DNA of 64,000 nucleotides from Rickettsiales bacterium (GTDB lineage Bacteria; Pseudomonadota; Alphaproteobacteria; Rickettsiales; UBA1997): NCBI GenBank assembly GCA_017999675.1, contig JAGNLL010000002.1, positions 66,918 to 130,917 of the forward strand, read 5' to 3'. Shown piece by piece: positions 62,980 to 64,000 of this stretch (position 1 is its first letter; each line of letters starts with the position of its first letter). The notes under the pieces were generated by a model. It saw only the letters and a program-made list of their open reading frames with translations, ran no database searches and was not told where the DNA came from. The position numbers and the translations under genes were made by a program.

Positions 62980-64000
62980 TTAAGTTTTTAGAGCTGCTTC
63001 AATTTTAGTTTCTTCTGTTTCCAAGTTGTGCACTTCTTTTGTAAGATTTGTGATCTCACTTTCGAGTTTGGCAATTTGTGCTGCATCTCCCTTAGAACCT
63101 TTAAGTTGCTCAAGTTCAAATTGTTTGATCTTGAGGTTCATGTTGTTGAGTTTGAGTTGGCCGTTTACCTGGTTTTTATGCATGCTCAGCTCTTTTTTCT
63201 GCGCTTCGCTAATGAGTCCCGATGTTTCTTCTGGAACGCCAAGTAAGAAGTTTGAGGCTTTTAAACCGAGGTCTGGAGCTGTTAGGCCTAGATCAATTGG
63301 TTTAAGTCCTAAATCTGACATGGTTAACCCCGGAATTACGGTGTCAGATTTTGCAGCAGCCGCCTCTTGAATTGCCAAGCCGAACTCTGCCAAGGCTGTT
63401 GGAGAATTTTCTGTGGTTAATTTATTAATGGCTTCTTGAAGATTTTTAGCAGCAACTTGAGCTTCTGGAGTATTTTTATTTTCAAAGGCGGTGACGATTT
63501 TTCCGAGGGCATCAATATCCTTCTTCACCTGCTCGTTGCGTTCTATTGATGATTGTAGGTTAGATTCAAATTTTTCTTGCAGAGCTTTTTGGGCTTCTAA
63601 AATTTTCGCCGATAAGGCTTCTTTCTTAGTTTCGTCAACTTCATTTTTTTGCTCTAATTTTAGAGAGGCTACGTTTTTCAATGTCGAGAATAACTCTTGA
63701 GAGTCTTTTTTAGATTGAGAAGCGGCATCTTTTTCTATTGCTAGTTTTTCTGTTTTTTGAGCATCAGATATTGCCTGATCAAGACTTTCTGAGTTTTGTT
63801 GAATATCCTTTTGGTCTAAGTTGATTCTATTGCTCTCAATGCTTTTGATGTAGCTGTTTTCTTGAGTGGTTCTGTCAATTAGAGGATCTTTTAATTCTTC
63901 TTTTAGTGATTTTAGAGGATTTGCTGAATCTACCAAAGAGCCCTGTTGCGTTAATCCTTTTAGACCATTTGTTTGATTTTTGGCAATTTCATCAAGGGTA
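62980..64000 (-). CDS. coiled-coil protein, 5' end beyond the window (partial)
   Basis: The reading frame stays open upstream of the tracked TTG start (63936) to the window edge (...TLDEIAKNQTNGLKGLTQQGSLVDSANPLK...). The sequence is Glu/Lys/Gln-rich with heptad character. An internal 3 x 7-aa repeat reads DLGLKPI-DLGLTAP-DLGLKAS. Confidence 0.6.
   Translation of the reverse strand, partial: TLDEIAKNQTNGLKGLTQQGSLVDSANPLKSLKEELKDPLIDRTTQENSYIKSIESNRINLDQKDIQQNSESLDQAISDAQKTEKLAIEKDAASQSKKDSQELFSTLKNVASLKLEQKNEVDETKKEALSAKILEAQKALQEKFESNLQSSIERNEQVKKDIDALGKIVTAFENKNTPEAQVAAKNLQEAINKLTTENSPTALAEFGLAIQEAAAAKSDTVIPGLTMSDLGLKPIDLGLTAPDLGLKASNFLLGVPEETSGLISEAQKKELSMHKNQVNGQLKLNNMNLKIKQFELEQLKGSKGDAAQIAKLESEITNLTKEVHNLETEETKIEAALKT

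Overview
This 64-kb window comes from an AT-rich Gram-negative genome. The gene content looks like an intracellular alphaproteobacterium (Rickettsiales/Holosporales-like): thyX, a Tim44-like protein, an orphan cobT, long-form hpf, mnhFG remnants, an ankyrin protein and RPE-like palindromes. That taxonomic placement is an inference; nothing was searched.

About 50 CDS and one tRNA-His are supported. Most are housekeeping genes: thiL, lpxC, mfd, dnaE fragment, xerC, acnA, hpf, rpsU, gyrB, bioF-like, cobT, pstS-like, proB, rho, tatA, thyX, uvrC, skp, folE, maf, terC, zntB-like, mrcA, amidase, recF and dnaN. No rRNA, CRISPR array, transposase or prophage was seen.

The features most worth a second look:
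1. A 2,402-aa orphan giant protein that fuses a transglutaminase-like Cys-His-Asp core to a chain of MoxR/dynein-type P-loop modules.
2. At least five families of long palindromic repeats:
- Family A has 5 copies in 17 kb.
- Family B has 3 copies whose arms co-vary perfectly.
- One 97-bp perfect palindrome sits in frame inside cobT.
3. A dnaE ORF that stops at about residue 830 and is abutted by a DUF3800 gene and a plus-strand terminator with no plus-strand gene to serve.
4. A uvrC that lacks its (HhH)2 domain, with a family-A repeat just after its stop.
5. Effector-like orphans: a 753-aa ankyrin protein, a translationally coupled 497/193-aa pair, a DUF1016N-SNase fusion and a partial coiled-coil protein.
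6. The left edge cuts through a DUF692/DUF2063 RiPP-type pair.

All calls rest on reading the translations and sequence by eye. No database search, GC calculation or folding was run.
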